From Promethearchaeia archaeon (GTDB taxonomy: Archaea; Asgardarchaeota; Lokiarchaeia; Sigyniarchaeales; SOKP01), in contig JAHQWG010000016.1 in assembly GCA_029856045.1 (NCBI GenBank), positions 256,001-320,000 on the forward strand: a stretch of 64,000 nucleotides of DNA, read 5' to 3'. Made by a program: the position numbers and the translations under genes. Every line of letters begins with the position of its first letter. Within the stretch, counting starts at the first letter, position 1. This document shows, piece after piece, positions 1 through 10,504 of the stretch. The notes below the pieces were generated by a model. It had not been told where the DNA came from. It worked only from the letters and a program-made list of their open reading frames with translations, and made no database searches.

Positions 1-2
1 AA

Positions 3-1163
3 ATTACAGCTTGCCTTTTAAAAGATGGAGTTCCTTTTAATTTTTTAAGTTATGGAAAGACAGGAACAGGAAAAACTTCAGTCATAAGGTTTGTTAGCAG
101 GAAACTTGATGAAAAATGTAACGAAATTCAAATAAATAGACCTTGGTGGATTTATAATAATTGTCAGCAAGTTAATACTCCATATAGAATTTTAGCAAAT
201 ATTTTTAATACTCTTTCCACGGAGGAAAAAATCCCGCCAACAGGTTTGCCAAAAGATATAATATTTCAAAAACTCTTAAATTTGTTAGATGATGTTGTTG
301 GAAACTCCGTATGTTTTATTGTTCTGGATGAAATCGATATTTTGATTAAAAAAAAAGGCGGAAATGAAATATTATATGATTTAACTAGATTAAATGAGAA
401 ATATCAATTAAAAAAAAGTAGAGTTTGTTTAATTGGAATATCAAATATCTTAAAATTTAAAAGTTTTCTTGATCCTCGAGTTTTGAGCAGTTTTGGTGGA
501 GAAGAATTAGTCTTTCCTGCCTATAATGCTGAAGAATTGACAGATATTTTACAAGAAAGAGGTGAAATTGCTTTTTTTAAAAATGTGATATCGGAAGAGA
601 CAATTCCATTATGTGCAGCACTTGCGGCAAAAGAACATGGAGATGCTAGAAAAGCTCTACAATTACTTAGGAAAGCAGGTGAATTAGCAGAAAGAAGCCA
701 TAATAAAAAGGTGTCACCAAAATTTGTTTATAAAGCTCAAAAATCTTTAGAACAAGATAATACGGAACAATTCATAGAGAGCTTACCAAAGCAAATTCAA
801 TTAGTTTTATGTTCTATTTTTCTAATTGCAAAACATCTTCCTAACTTAAAAATAATTACTGGTGATATTTATGATGTATATCTTGAAATTTATGAAAAAA
901 TTCCCGGTGTTAAGAAATTAACACGAAGGAGAGTAAGTGATTTAATAAATGAGCTGGCATTAGCAGGTATCATAAAAGCTGAAGTTGTATCGATGGGTTA
1001 CTATGGTCGTTCAAAAATCGTAAAATTAGATATACCATTAGATCAATTATTTAAAATTTTAGAAAAAATTGAAAATATAAAACACATTCTTAATTATAAA
1101 CCTATTATTGCACAAAATGGAAAAGCAAAATTAAAGAAAAATACTTTTAAAAAACTATTTTAA
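3..1163 (+). CDS. cdc6: Orc1/Cdc6 replication initiator, 5' end outside the window
   Basis: The frame is open from base 3 and reads Walker A YGKTGTGKT near base 51, upstream of the ORF-track start at 246. It also has Walker B IVLDEID, the HGDARKAL sensor and a C-terminal wHTH (LTRRRVSDLINEL...YGRSK). Confidence 0.95.
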   Translation: MTACLLKDGVPFNFLSYGKTGTGKTSVIRFVSRKLDEKCNEIQINRPWWIYNNCQQVNTPYRILANIFNTLSTEEKIPPTGLPKDIIFQKLLNLLDDVVGNSVCFIVLDEIDILIKKKGGNEILYDLTRLNEKYQLKKSRVCLIGISNILKFKSFLDPRVLSSFGGEELVFPAYNAEELTDILQERGEIAFFKNVISEETIPLCAALAAKEHGDARKALQLLRKAGELAERSHNKKVSPKFVYKAQKSLEQDNTEQFIESLPKQIQLVLCSIFLIAKHLPNLKIITGDIYDVYLEIYEKIPGVKKLTRRRVSDLINELALAGIIKAEVVSMGYYGRSKIVKLDIPLDQLFKILEKIENIKHILNYKPIIAQNGKAKLKKNTFKKLF

Positions 1164-1837
1164 ATAAATTCCCAATTATCGAGTTCTTCTATAATATTCT
1201 TCAATATCTTTTCAGTTTTTGATTCATTTTCTGAATTTAAAATTAAAAATAATTTAACTAAATGTTTACATAACTTTTTTTGTCTACTCTTGCGAGTTAA
1301 ATAATCATGGCAATCATGAATGATTTTTTTTTTATTTAATTCAACTTCAAATTTATAACGCTTTTCTTTAGTACCACTAACCTCTCCTCTTATTATTCCT
1401 TGATCAATATTAAGTTCACGAAATGTAAAAGAATTTTTAGAAACTGATACTGACCTATTTAGAGTACTTTCATCTGATAATTCTTTTAAAAGCATATTAA
1501 ATGAACCTTTTCTTTCTTTAGAAAGATCTTTCAGACTGATTGCTTTTAAACTAATATTTTCTAGCGCATTTTTCACTTTTTCATTCTCTTTTTTTTGCCA
1601 AGTAATGAAATCTTCTCGTAATTCTTTAGAAAGGAAAATTTTTCCACTTTTTTCAACTAAAAAACCTTTTTTTATTAATTCATTGAATAATTGAACTGAT
1701 TTATTTGGTTTTAAAAGAAATAATTCAAAAGAAATATAATAAATTAGCTCTTCCCTCCCAATTGAAGGAAGATCTAAGCTCCTCCAAATATATATTATCA
1801 ATTCCTTGTGATTTGAAGGTGTTTTATTAATAATCAT
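1160..1837 (-). CDS. SWIM zinc-finger protein with an N-terminal wHTH-like region
   Basis: C-terminal HDCHDY...LCKHL SWIM-like pattern after GEVSG...Y beta strands. Lies 14 bp downstream of DP1 on the same strand. Confidence 0.65.
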   Translation of the reverse strand: MIINKTPSNHKELIIYIWRSLDLPSIGREELIYYISFELFLLKPNKSVQLFNELIKKGFLVEKSGKIFLSKELREDFITWQKKENEKVKNALENISLKAISLKDLSKERKGSFNMLLKELSDESTLNRSVSVSKNSFTFRELNIDQGIIRGEVSGTKEKRYKFEVELNKKKIIHDCHDYLTRKSRQKKLCKHLVKLFLILNSENESKTEKILKNIIEELDNWEFI

Positions 1838-1851
1838 TTTTTTTACACAAA

Positions 1852-3738
1852 TTAGTTATTATCTTTACTATTTAAATTGATTTCTGTTATTTTCCTTTTA
1901 TCTAGCTCAACAATACCAATTCTACCTGGAGTTGGATTGATTCCGAAAGATTCCATATATTTTGTTTTATTTTGAAAGCATCCACTATTTACTAATAAAA
2001 TATTACGATAATTCCCAAAACCACTTACATGAATATGACCGGTATGAAAAATATCAGGAATAGTATCAATTACTAACCAATCTTTTCTCACTGGAGCAAT
2101 TAGATTTTTTCCTCCGTATGAAGGTGCTAAATGTCTAAATCTCAATATTTCTTTCATCGATTTTGTGGGGTGTTCGTGAGATAAACCTGGAATTGACATA
2201 TTAAGATCAATTAAACTGTCACCATGAAATGATAACGTTTTTACGCCTTCAGTTTGAATTAAAACTGGATCTCCCACACAAATAACACCTAAATCAAACA
2301 AACCATCAATATATTTTTTTGGAACAGCGGGTTGAGGTAATGCCTTATGCACGGGCTCATGAGATCCAGGTGAATAAAATATCTTAATATATGATGGGAC
2401 CTCTCTTAATAACTCTGCTGCTTTCTCATATTGTTTATAAATATCTGAAATTTCTAAATTTTCTTTTTGATTGGGATATATCCCAATTCCATCAATTAAA
2501 TCTCCTGCTATCATAATATATTTAATTTTACCTGCAAAATTTCTTGTTTTTTGGTTTCCAAACTCTCCATTCAAAAATTTAATGAATCTTTTCCATAATT
2601 TTGGAATAAATTTTTTACTTCCAATATGCAGATCGGAAATTAATGCAATAGATAAAGGAGTATCAGAATATTCTGGGTTAAAAGAAACTGGTACATCTAT
2701 TTCTGTAAGATTTCGAACAAAAATTATTCCAGGTCTATTATTTTCCCCAGGTCTATAAAAACCTTCGACGTAAATCATTATATCATTTACTAAATAATTC
2801 GTTTTTTGGAACAACTCATAATTAATTGAGTCATTTTTAATTAAAAGATTTATTCGTCCAGTTAAATCCTCAATTTGTATCATTTTATTTTCAGATGATG
2901 TTGTTTTAATGTTTATGATTAATCCTATTACTTTTACCTCGCCTACTTGATTTAACCTTAAAATATTTGCAATATTATTTGCTGCTGAAACATTTTCTCG
3001 TTTTCTCATTAATTTTTTAAATGTACAAAATCTGTCTTTAAAAAGTTCCAAAAAATCTTCGTATTCTCCCGAAGTATGTATCTTTCCATTTGGATCTTTC
3101 AATATCTCATATTTTGCATCATATTCTTTAGCTAACGGACTATAGCTTTTTATACTAGAATAAGTTTGATTTATTTTTATTTTATTAATTTCAACTTTAC
3201 TCTCTTTCATATCATCAATTTTAAGAGAATTTTGTATTTTCGTCTCATAGGCCGATTTAACATCATAATTTTCTGAAAACAAATCGTTTTGATAAATTTC
3301 GGGAGGTGAAATTATTTTTTTAATTTCATTATCTTCTTCCTCACAAGTGGTTTCAAATTCAGCTTTAATGTCGCTACTTTTTTTTTTAATCAAATCCTCT
3401 GAAATGCTTGAAGTTTTCTCAATTTCAACAACTGCTTTATTAATTTCTGATGTTTTTATAATTTTTTTAATTTTTTGATATTGGTTAGTATAATTTGTAA
3501 AAATTTTTGGTCTTTTATTTTCTGGAATTTTTAGTATCTCATCTATTGTAATATGATTGTTAAAAGAAGGTAAGAAACTTGTTTCTTTTATTAAGATATC
3601 AATATTAATATTTGGCTCATCTGACTTCAAAATTAAATTAAATAATTCTGGTGATATGTTAATACCAGATTTTAATAACTTCTTAATCAAGAACTTTCTT
3701 ATCTCTGTTTGATTATGTGGTAAAAGGTTTTCTTCCAT
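1852..3738 (-). CDS. polB: DNA polymerase D small subunit DP1
   Basis: OB fold (IEDLTGRI) and calcineurin-like phosphoesterase motifs SDLHIGS, AGDLIDGIGIYP, FHG, RHLAPSYG and HTGHIH. Confidence 0.95.
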   Translation of the reverse strand: MEENLLPHNQTEIRKFLIKKLLKSGINISPELFNLILKSDEPNINIDILIKETSFLPSFNNHITIDEILKIPENKRPKIFTNYTNQYQKIKKIIKTSEINKAVVEIEKTSSISEDLIKKKSSDIKAEFETTCEEEDNEIKKIISPPEIYQNDLFSENYDVKSAYETKIQNSLKIDDMKESKVEINKIKINQTYSSIKSYSPLAKEYDAKYEILKDPNGKIHTSGEYEDFLELFKDRFCTFKKLMRKRENVSAANNIANILRLNQVGEVKVIGLIINIKTTSSENKMIQIEDLTGRINLLIKNDSINYELFQKTNYLVNDIMIYVEGFYRPGENNRPGIIFVRNLTEIDVPVSFNPEYSDTPLSIALISDLHIGSKKFIPKLWKRFIKFLNGEFGNQKTRNFAGKIKYIMIAGDLIDGIGIYPNQKENLEISDIYKQYEKAAELLREVPSYIKIFYSPGSHEPVHKALPQPAVPKKYIDGLFDLGVICVGDPVLIQTEGVKTLSFHGDSLIDLNMSIPGLSHEHPTKSMKEILRFRHLAPSYGGKNLIAPVRKDWLVIDTIPDIFHTGHIHVSGFGNYRNILLVNSGCFQNKTKYMESFGINPTPGRIGIVELDKRKITEINLNSKDNN

Positions 3739-4073
3739 TCCCTATTAGCAAATCCCATAAATTTTTTAAAATAAAAACTTATTAAATCCAACAATTTTAA
3801 TTCTATTTGAATATTTTTTATATTTTTTTAATAACCTCTTAAGATATAAATAAAAGAAAATAATAAATGAAAACTCCATTTTACTTTATTGATTTTTACA
3901 ATTATTCAAAGAAATATAATAAGATTTTTTCTTTTTTATGAAAAATAATAGCACTGTATATCGCTTTAACAGATATTGAATACCTCCTTAATAATAGGTA
4001 TAAAATATAATATGGTACTATATAATTTTACATTACAAGTTTTACAACTATAAAAAAGAATATTTGGTTTAGT

Positions 4074-7000
4074 ATGGTAGTATTAAGTAAATGGCAAGAA
4101 GAATATTTTAATGAGCTAGAACAACGAGTAAATCAAATTTATGATATTGCAAAAGAAGCGAAAAGTAGGGGGTTAGATCCATCAACAGATGTAGAGTCTC
4201 CTATTGCTAAGGATCTTGCTGGGAGAGTAGAAACTTTAATTGGACCAAAAGGAATTGCTAAACGTCTTAGAGAGTTAAAAGAGAGTGGATTAAATGAAGA
4301 TGAAATTGTATTTGAAATTGCAACAGAAATATTAGATAAAAAATTAGGCAACATTGAATCAAAGGATGAAAGAGTTGATAGAGCAATTAGAGCAGCATTA
4401 GCAATTAAAACACAAGGTGTTGTTTCAGCTCCATTGGAAGGAATTTCAAGAATTCTTATCCGAAAAGACAATTTAGGAAACTCTTATTTATCTTTGTACT
4501 TTGCTGGACCTATACGAGCCGCTGGTGGAACAACAACTGCATTATGCGTATTACTTGCTGATATGGTAAGGAAAAAAATAAATCTACCAAAATATAAGGC
4601 AACTGAGGGAGAAATTGGGCGAATGGTGGAAGAAATAAAACTTTATAATCGAATTTTAAATTTGCAATATCCTGCATCTAATGAGGAAATTAGATTTGCA
4701 GTTAAAAATTTACCAGTAGAAATAAATGGAGATCCAACAGAAAAAGAGGAGGTATCAGCTTTTCGGGATCTCCCTCGAATAGATACTAATAGAATTAGAG
4801 GTGGTGCATGTTTAGTTTTAAATGACGGAATCCTTTTAAAAAAGAGTAAGCTTCAAAAAATTACCAATCAAATGAACTTAATTGGATGGGAATGGCTAGA
4901 TGAGTTAATAAAAATATCTAAATCTAGTGAATCGAAATTTGATAAAGAAATTAAAAAATCTAAACATCAAAAAATAGCAAAAGATGAAAAATTTATTACT
5001 GACATTATCGCTGGAAGGCCAGTCTTTAGTTATCCCTCAGAAACTGGAGGCCATCGAATTCGTTACGGGAGGTCTCGCAATAGTGGATTAGCAGCATGCG
5101 GGATGCATCCAGCAACAATGACACTTTTTGATAATTTTATTGCCATTGGCACTCAAATTAAAATAGAAAGACCCGGAAAAAGTGCCTCTATTGTTCCAGT
5201 TTCTAGTATTGAAACACCAATTGTTTTATTAAAAAATGGAAACGTAGTAAAGATAAAAACCGAATCTATGGCTAATGAATTATATAAAGATATTGAAAAA
5301 ATTCTATTTTTGGGGGATATTCTTATTGGCTATGGAGAATTCGTTGAAAATAATCATATTTTACTTCCATCTGGATATTGTGAAGAATGGTGGGCTCTAG
5401 ATTTAAAGAATTCATTGGAAAAGAATAAAGAAAAAATTAAAAAATTTCCCATTGAGGAAGAGAGATTAAAAACTTTTCATAAAGACTTCTTTAAAAAGAT
5501 ACCATCCGCGGAAGAAGCAATTGCTATTAGTAAAATTCTAAATATTCCACTTCACCCAGTTTATACTGATTTTTGGAATAACTTAACATTAAAAGAAATC
5601 ATCTCATTAAGAAAGTTCTTTATAGATAATTATAAAAATGGAATTTTAACTTTGGATATAATTCCAGAAATTAAATCTATCCTAGAGAAAGCTTTTATCC
5701 CGCATAGAATTATTGACAATAAAATTGTATTTAGCAAGGCAAAAAATAAAATCTATGAGGAAATTTTCGGTTTAAAATCTAAAAAAGATATTGATCTCTC
5801 TAAAATATCAAATATCTTTGACTTATTCAATTCATTATCTGCCATGAAAATCAAAAATATGTGTTACCATTATATAGGATCCCGGATGGGGCGACCAGAA
5901 AAATCTGAAGAAAAAAAAATGAAACCTCCAATTCATGTATTATTTCCCTTAAGTAAAAAAGTAGGCAGCTCTCGTACTATTCAAAAAGCAATTGAATTGG
6001 GTAAGATCAAAATTGATATTTGCAGAAAAAAATGCCCTAACTGTAATACGATTACTATTTTTAATAAATGCAACACATGTGGAACTCACACAAAATTCCA
6101 AAAATTTTGCCCTAATTGCAAGAAATTCGTTGATGCAAAAAATGTATCTTGTCCATATTGCAACGGAATGCTGAAAAACTCAACTCCAGCATTATTCAAT
6201 TTTAAAAAATATATTAATTCAATTATGAAAGAGATAAATCATTCTCTTCCCAATGTCAAGGGTGTATATGGGCTTACAAATTTAATGAAAGTTGCAGAAC
6301 CACTCCAAAAAGGAATCTTGAGAGCATTACACGGAGTTTTTGTATATAAAGATGGCACAATTCGTTATGATGCAACTGATCTCCCATTGACACACTTCAA
6401 ACCAAATGAAATTGGTACTTCTATAAAGAAACTAATTGAATTTGGTTATTTATATGACATTTATGGGAAACCTCTTGAAAACGATGAACAAATTCTTGAA
6501 TTAAAAGTACAAGATATTCTTTTATCTGAACATAGTACAAAATATTTTGTAAAAGTTGCCAATTTTCTTGATGACGAATTGAAAACTTTCTATAATATAA
6601 ATCCATTTTATAATATTAAGAATATTTCTGATTTAATAGGCCAAATCTTTATAGGTTTAGCACCCCATACTTCCGCGGGAATAATTGGGAGAGCTATTGG
6701 CTTTTCATCAGCTAGGGCTATTTACGCACACCCTTTCTGGCATGCTGCGAAACGTCGAAATTGTGATGGGGATGAAGATGGATTGATGCTATTAATGGAT
6801 TGTTTACTTAATTTTTCACTGCATTATCTTCCAAGTAAAATTGGAGGAAAAATGGATGAACCACTTGTTATATCAGTAAGGCTTGACCCAAATGAAATTG
6901 ATTCAGAGGCCCATAACATTGATACTCTTTATCGATATCCCTTAGAATTTTATGAAAGTACAGAGAAATATTTGGATCCTATTGAAATAATAGATAAAAT

Positions 7001-7517
7001 GGAATTGGAAAGTACTCGTCTCGGATCTGAACTCCAATTTGAACAACTTGGATTCACTCATCCCACTGAATCAATTAATGCTGGCCCTCTTACTACGGCT
7101 TATAAATTATATGAAACAATAGATGAAAAAATACATGCTCAATTATATTTGGCAAAAATCATAAAGTCTGTAAATGTCCAAGATGTTGCCAGAAGAATTT
7201 TAAAAACACATTTTACTCCTGATATTCTTGGAAACCTGCGCTCATTCACCAACCAAAACTTTAGGTGTGTTAAATGTAATGAAAAATATAGAACACCACC
7301 TTTATACACAGGCGGTGTATGTAAATGTGGTGGGAATATCATCTTAACAGTGAATCGTGGTGGGATCGAAAAATATATACCCCGATCATTAAAAATAATA
7401 AAAGAATTTGATCTAGATAACTATACTAAACAAAAAATGGAATTAATTGAGTCATACGTAAAATCCGTAGCTAACAATCCAAAAATAAGGCAACATCATT
7501 TATCAGACTTTTTCTAA
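4074..7517 (+). CDS. polC: DNA polymerase D large subunit DP2
   Basis: YFAGPIRAAGGT, RYGRSRNSG, catalytic HAAKRRNCDGDED and CxxC Zn modules. No intein seen. Confidence 0.98.
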   Translation: MVVLSKWQEEYFNELEQRVNQIYDIAKEAKSRGLDPSTDVESPIAKDLAGRVETLIGPKGIAKRLRELKESGLNEDEIVFEIATEILDKKLGNIESKDERVDRAIRAALAIKTQGVVSAPLEGISRILIRKDNLGNSYLSLYFAGPIRAAGGTTTALCVLLADMVRKKINLPKYKATEGEIGRMVEEIKLYNRILNLQYPASNEEIRFAVKNLPVEINGDPTEKEEVSAFRDLPRIDTNRIRGGACLVLNDGILLKKSKLQKITNQMNLIGWEWLDELIKISKSSESKFDKEIKKSKHQKIAKDEKFITDIIAGRPVFSYPSETGGHRIRYGRSRNSGLAACGMHPATMTLFDNFIAIGTQIKIERPGKSASIVPVSSIETPIVLLKNGNVVKIKTESMANELYKDIEKILFLGDILIGYGEFVENNHILLPSGYCEEWWALDLKNSLEKNKEKIKKFPIEEERLKTFHKDFFKKIPSAEEAIAISKILNIPLHPVYTDFWNNLTLKEIISLRKFFIDNYKNGILTLDIIPEIKSILEKAFIPHRIIDNKIVFSKAKNKIYEEIFGLKSKKDIDLSKISNIFDLFNSLSAMKIKNMCYHYIGSRMGRPEKSEEKKMKPPIHVLFPLSKKVGSSRTIQKAIELGKIKIDICRKKCPNCNTITIFNKCNTCGTHTKFQKFCPNCKKFVDAKNVSCPYCNGMLKNSTPALFNFKKYINSIMKEINHSLPNVKGVYGLTNLMKVAEPLQKGILRALHGVFVYKDGTIRYDATDLPLTHFKPNEIGTSIKKLIEFGYLYDIYGKPLENDEQILELKVQDILLSEHSTKYFVKVANFLDDELKTFYNINPFYNIKNISDLIGQIFIGLAPHTSAGIIGRAIGFSSARAIYAHPFWHAAKRRNCDGDEDGLMLLMDCLLNFSLHYLPSKIGGKMDEPLVISVRLDPNEIDSEAHNIDTLYRYPLEFYESTEKYLDPIEIIDKMELESTRLGSELQFEQLGFTHPTESINAGPLTTAYKLYETIDEKIHAQLYLAKIIKSVNVQDVARRILKTHFTPDILGNLRSFTNQNFRCVKCNEKYRTPPLYTGGVCKCGGNIILTVNRGGIEKYIPRSLKIIKEFDLDNYTKQKMELIESYVKSVANNPKIRQHHLSDFF

Positions 7518-7708
7518 TCTTATCCTAAATCAAATTTTTTATTCATTTCTATTAAAATACGATTATAAAAAATCTAAATTAATATTATAATTGATTTTTT
7601 AAATAAGCAAAATTATGTTAAAATTATAAGAAACAGTAAATTTAATTTATATTTTAATTAAGAATCCTTCCAAAAAAATAGTGTTTAAAGAAAGGTATTG
7701 GTTTTAGA

Positions 7709-10108
7709 TTGAGCTCTGAAAACGTACTGAAAAGGACCATCAAGTTAAAAATGGATCTTCTTTCAAGTAATTATGATTTATGCATAGAACGTATTAAATT
7801 CTTTACCGAAATATATAAAGAAAATAAAGAAGACCATGAAATTTTGAAAAGAGCTATGGCACTTGCACACACTTTAAAGAACATGACTATTTTTATTAGA
7901 AATGATGAATTGCTTGTCGGAAATGAAACTAGTAAAAATTTAGGTGAGAAAATCAATCTTGATTTACTTTCCTATGATGATAATTTTAGTAAACGTAGTA
8001 GTATTTTAAAATTCGGAAAAAGAAAACTTCAACCTTTCCAAATTGAAGATCATGAAATTGATGATTTATTAGAGCTTGTTCCATTTTGGAAGGGAAAGGC
8101 TTTATATAGTGATATTATATATCAACGATTGATTGATGAAAAGCTTATCAATAGTACTAGAAAGTTAGCTGCTGTCGCCCCTAATATCGCTATCCAAGTA
8201 GGAACTTCTGAAGGTCATTTATCTGCTGGTTATGAAAAGCTACTAAAACTAGGTTATGCTGGAATTATTAAAGAAGCTGAATCTTATCAAAAACTTTTGG
8301 ATAAGAAAGATAATAAATATAAAGAAAAAAACGATTTTTATGAAGCTGTGAAGATATATTATAAAGCAGCCATTGATTTTTCATTACGTTATTCAGACCT
8401 TGCTTATAAAAAAGTAAATAACGAAAAAAATGACCAGCGAAAAAATGAGCTCGAAATTATTGCAGAAATGATGAAAAAATTTGGTGAAAAACCTCCTGAA
8501 TCCTTCTATGAAGCAATTCAATATATTTGGTTTACTCAAAATATAGCAAACATCATTTATAATCGAAGCGTTGTTGCTTTAGGAAGATTGGATCAAATTT
8601 TATGGCCTTTTTATCAAAAAGATTTAAAAAAAAATAAGATTACTCACGAACTTGCTTTAGAATTAATAGAAGAACTAAATTTAAAATTGACTTGGAATGT
8701 TACAATATTACCCACAGATTATACAATGATTGCCAATGCACTAGGTCAAAATACTCAAACAATAACTATTTCTGGGATGGATAAAAATGGAGCTGATGCT
8801 ACAAATGATCTTTCTTATCTCTTTCTTGAAGCTTATAAGAATTTAAAGATTTTTACTACGGACTTATCAGTGAGAATACACAAAAATACACCAAAAAAAT
8901 TTTTTAAAGAAGTAATAAAAGTTTTCAAATATACTTCAGGAATAGCATTCTATAATGATGATATTATAGTCCCATCATTGGTAAAAGCAGGATATTCTTT
9001 AGAAGATGCTCGAGATTATGTTCTAATTGGATGCGTTGAACCTACTGGTCAAGGTAATAGTTTTGAAGCAACTGCTCGAATGTTTCTGAATTTACCTGGG
9101 GTTTTGGAATTAACTCTGAATAATGGGTATAGTAATATATCAAAAATGGTTGATGGATTACAGACAGGAGATCCAACAATCTTTAAGACTTTTGAAGATC
9201 TTCTAGAAGCCTTTATTCATCAATTAAGATTTAATATAAATAAGTCAGTAAAAATAGCAGAAGTGGGTGATCTTGAAGTAATGAAATATTTTCAAGATCC
9301 ATTCATTTCAGCTACATTAAAAGGATGTATGGAGAGTGGGAAGGATTATGTTTGTGGAGGTGCAAAATATAACTTTTCTTCCATAACTGGGTATGGTTTT
9401 GCAACATTAGTCGATTCATTATATAACATTAAAAAAGTAGTATATGAAGAAAACCTAATTTCGCTTCCTGAATTCATTCAAATTATGAATTCTAATTTTA
9501 AAGATAAAGAATTATTTCGACAAAAATTGATTAATAGCTATAATAAATGGGGTAATGATAAAGATAGTATTGATTCTCTTGCAAAAGAGTTATGGGATTT
9601 GTTTTGCTTTGAAGTTGTTAAACATGTACCTCTCAGAGGAGGTAGATATAATGCTGGAGCATATTCAATGGGTATACATGTTATTGAAGGTTTTTTTACC
9701 AGACCCACTGCTGATGGAAGAAAAGCTATGGAACCGATCTCAAATAGTTTATCTCCCGTAAATAAAGTTGAAAAAAATGGAATTACAGCAATTTTAAATT
9801 CTGTGGCCAAATTGAATTATGATTACGCAACAAATGGAGTTGCAGTAAACATTAGAATTCATCCACAAAATCTTGAAAAGGAGGAAAATGTAGATAAGCT
9901 ATATTTTTTGTTAAAATCCTATTTTGATTCAGGAGGTATGCAAATTCAACCAAATGTAGTTTCAACAGAGACTCTTAAAGATGCTCAGAAACATCCTGAA
10001 AAATATAATGATTTAATCGTTAAAGTAGGTGGATATAATGCAACATTTACTGATCTTGGAGCACCAATTCAAAATGATATAATTGATAGATTAGAAAATG
10101 ACTTTTGA
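7709..10108 (+). CDS. Glycyl radical enzyme (PFL-like family), substrate unknown
   Basis: Cys loop IGCVE, LGRLDQ, TADGR, and C-terminal Gly loop LIVKVGGYN. TTG start. Confidence 0.9.
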   Translation: MSSENVLKRTIKLKMDLLSSNYDLCIERIKFFTEIYKENKEDHEILKRAMALAHTLKNMTIFIRNDELLVGNETSKNLGEKINLDLLSYDDNFSKRSSILKFGKRKLQPFQIEDHEIDDLLELVPFWKGKALYSDIIYQRLIDEKLINSTRKLAAVAPNIAIQVGTSEGHLSAGYEKLLKLGYAGIIKEAESYQKLLDKKDNKYKEKNDFYEAVKIYYKAAIDFSLRYSDLAYKKVNNEKNDQRKNELEIIAEMMKKFGEKPPESFYEAIQYIWFTQNIANIIYNRSVVALGRLDQILWPFYQKDLKKNKITHELALELIEELNLKLTWNVTILPTDYTMIANALGQNTQTITISGMDKNGADATNDLSYLFLEAYKNLKIFTTDLSVRIHKNTPKKFFKEVIKVFKYTSGIAFYNDDIIVPSLVKAGYSLEDARDYVLIGCVEPTGQGNSFEATARMFLNLPGVLELTLNNGYSNISKMVDGLQTGDPTIFKTFEDLLEAFIHQLRFNINKSVKIAEVGDLEVMKYFQDPFISATLKGCMESGKDYVCGGAKYNFSSITGYGFATLVDSLYNIKKVVYEENLISLPEFIQIMNSNFKDKELFRQKLINSYNKWGNDKDSIDSLAKELWDLFCFEVVKHVPLRGGRYNAGAYSMGIHVIEGFFTRPTADGRKAMEPISNSLSPVNKVEKNGITAILNSVAKLNYDYATNGVAVNIRIHPQNLEKEENVDKLYFLLKSYFDSGGMQIQPNVVSTETLKDAQKHPEKYNDLIVKVGGYNATFTDLGAPIQNDIIDRLENDF

Positions 10109-10178
10109 TCAAACTTAAATGAAGAAAATACAATGTTTTGTTTCGTAATTATTTTTTCATAAAATTGGAAAATTAAAA

Positions 10179-10291
10179 TGGTGAAGGAGGGGGGATTCGA
10201 ACCCCCGAAGGCCTACGCCAATGGAGCCTCGGTCCATCACCTCTAATCTCTTGACCTAAGCCAAGATTTGACCATGCTTGGCGACTCCTTC
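10179..10291 (-). tRNA. tRNA-Leu(GAG) with a 25-nt intron at the D-loop/D-stem junction (10243-10267) and encoded CCA
   Basis: Acceptor stem GAAGGAG/CTCCTTC followed by A-CCA, anticodon stem ATGGA/TCCAT, long variable arm, GGGGG-TTCGAAT-CCCCC T arm. The insert forms a bulge-helix-bulge. Confidence 0.9.
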
Positions 10292-10504
10292 TCGATTTAG
10301 AATTTTTTAAAGAAATAAAGTCCAATTAATTATTTTAATAAAAAATTAAAAATTTTTCCAATTTATTAAGAAAAAAGAATATTTAGATTAATATCCGAAT
10401 ATGTTATTAATTTTTATCTAAAAAATTTTTATTAAAGTCTATTATATTTTACTTAATTTTTATTTTATTTACAAATATAACTAAAATTATATTAATTTCA
10501 TGTC

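Noticed and set aside
3739-4073. Replication origin between DP1 and DP2
   Set aside because: The spacer is AT-rich, but so are all spacers here, and I saw no ORB-like repeats or G-strings.
7518-10291. GRE gene as a tRNA-integrated island
   Set aside because: No integrase, no duplicated tRNA 3' end found and no obvious compositional shift.
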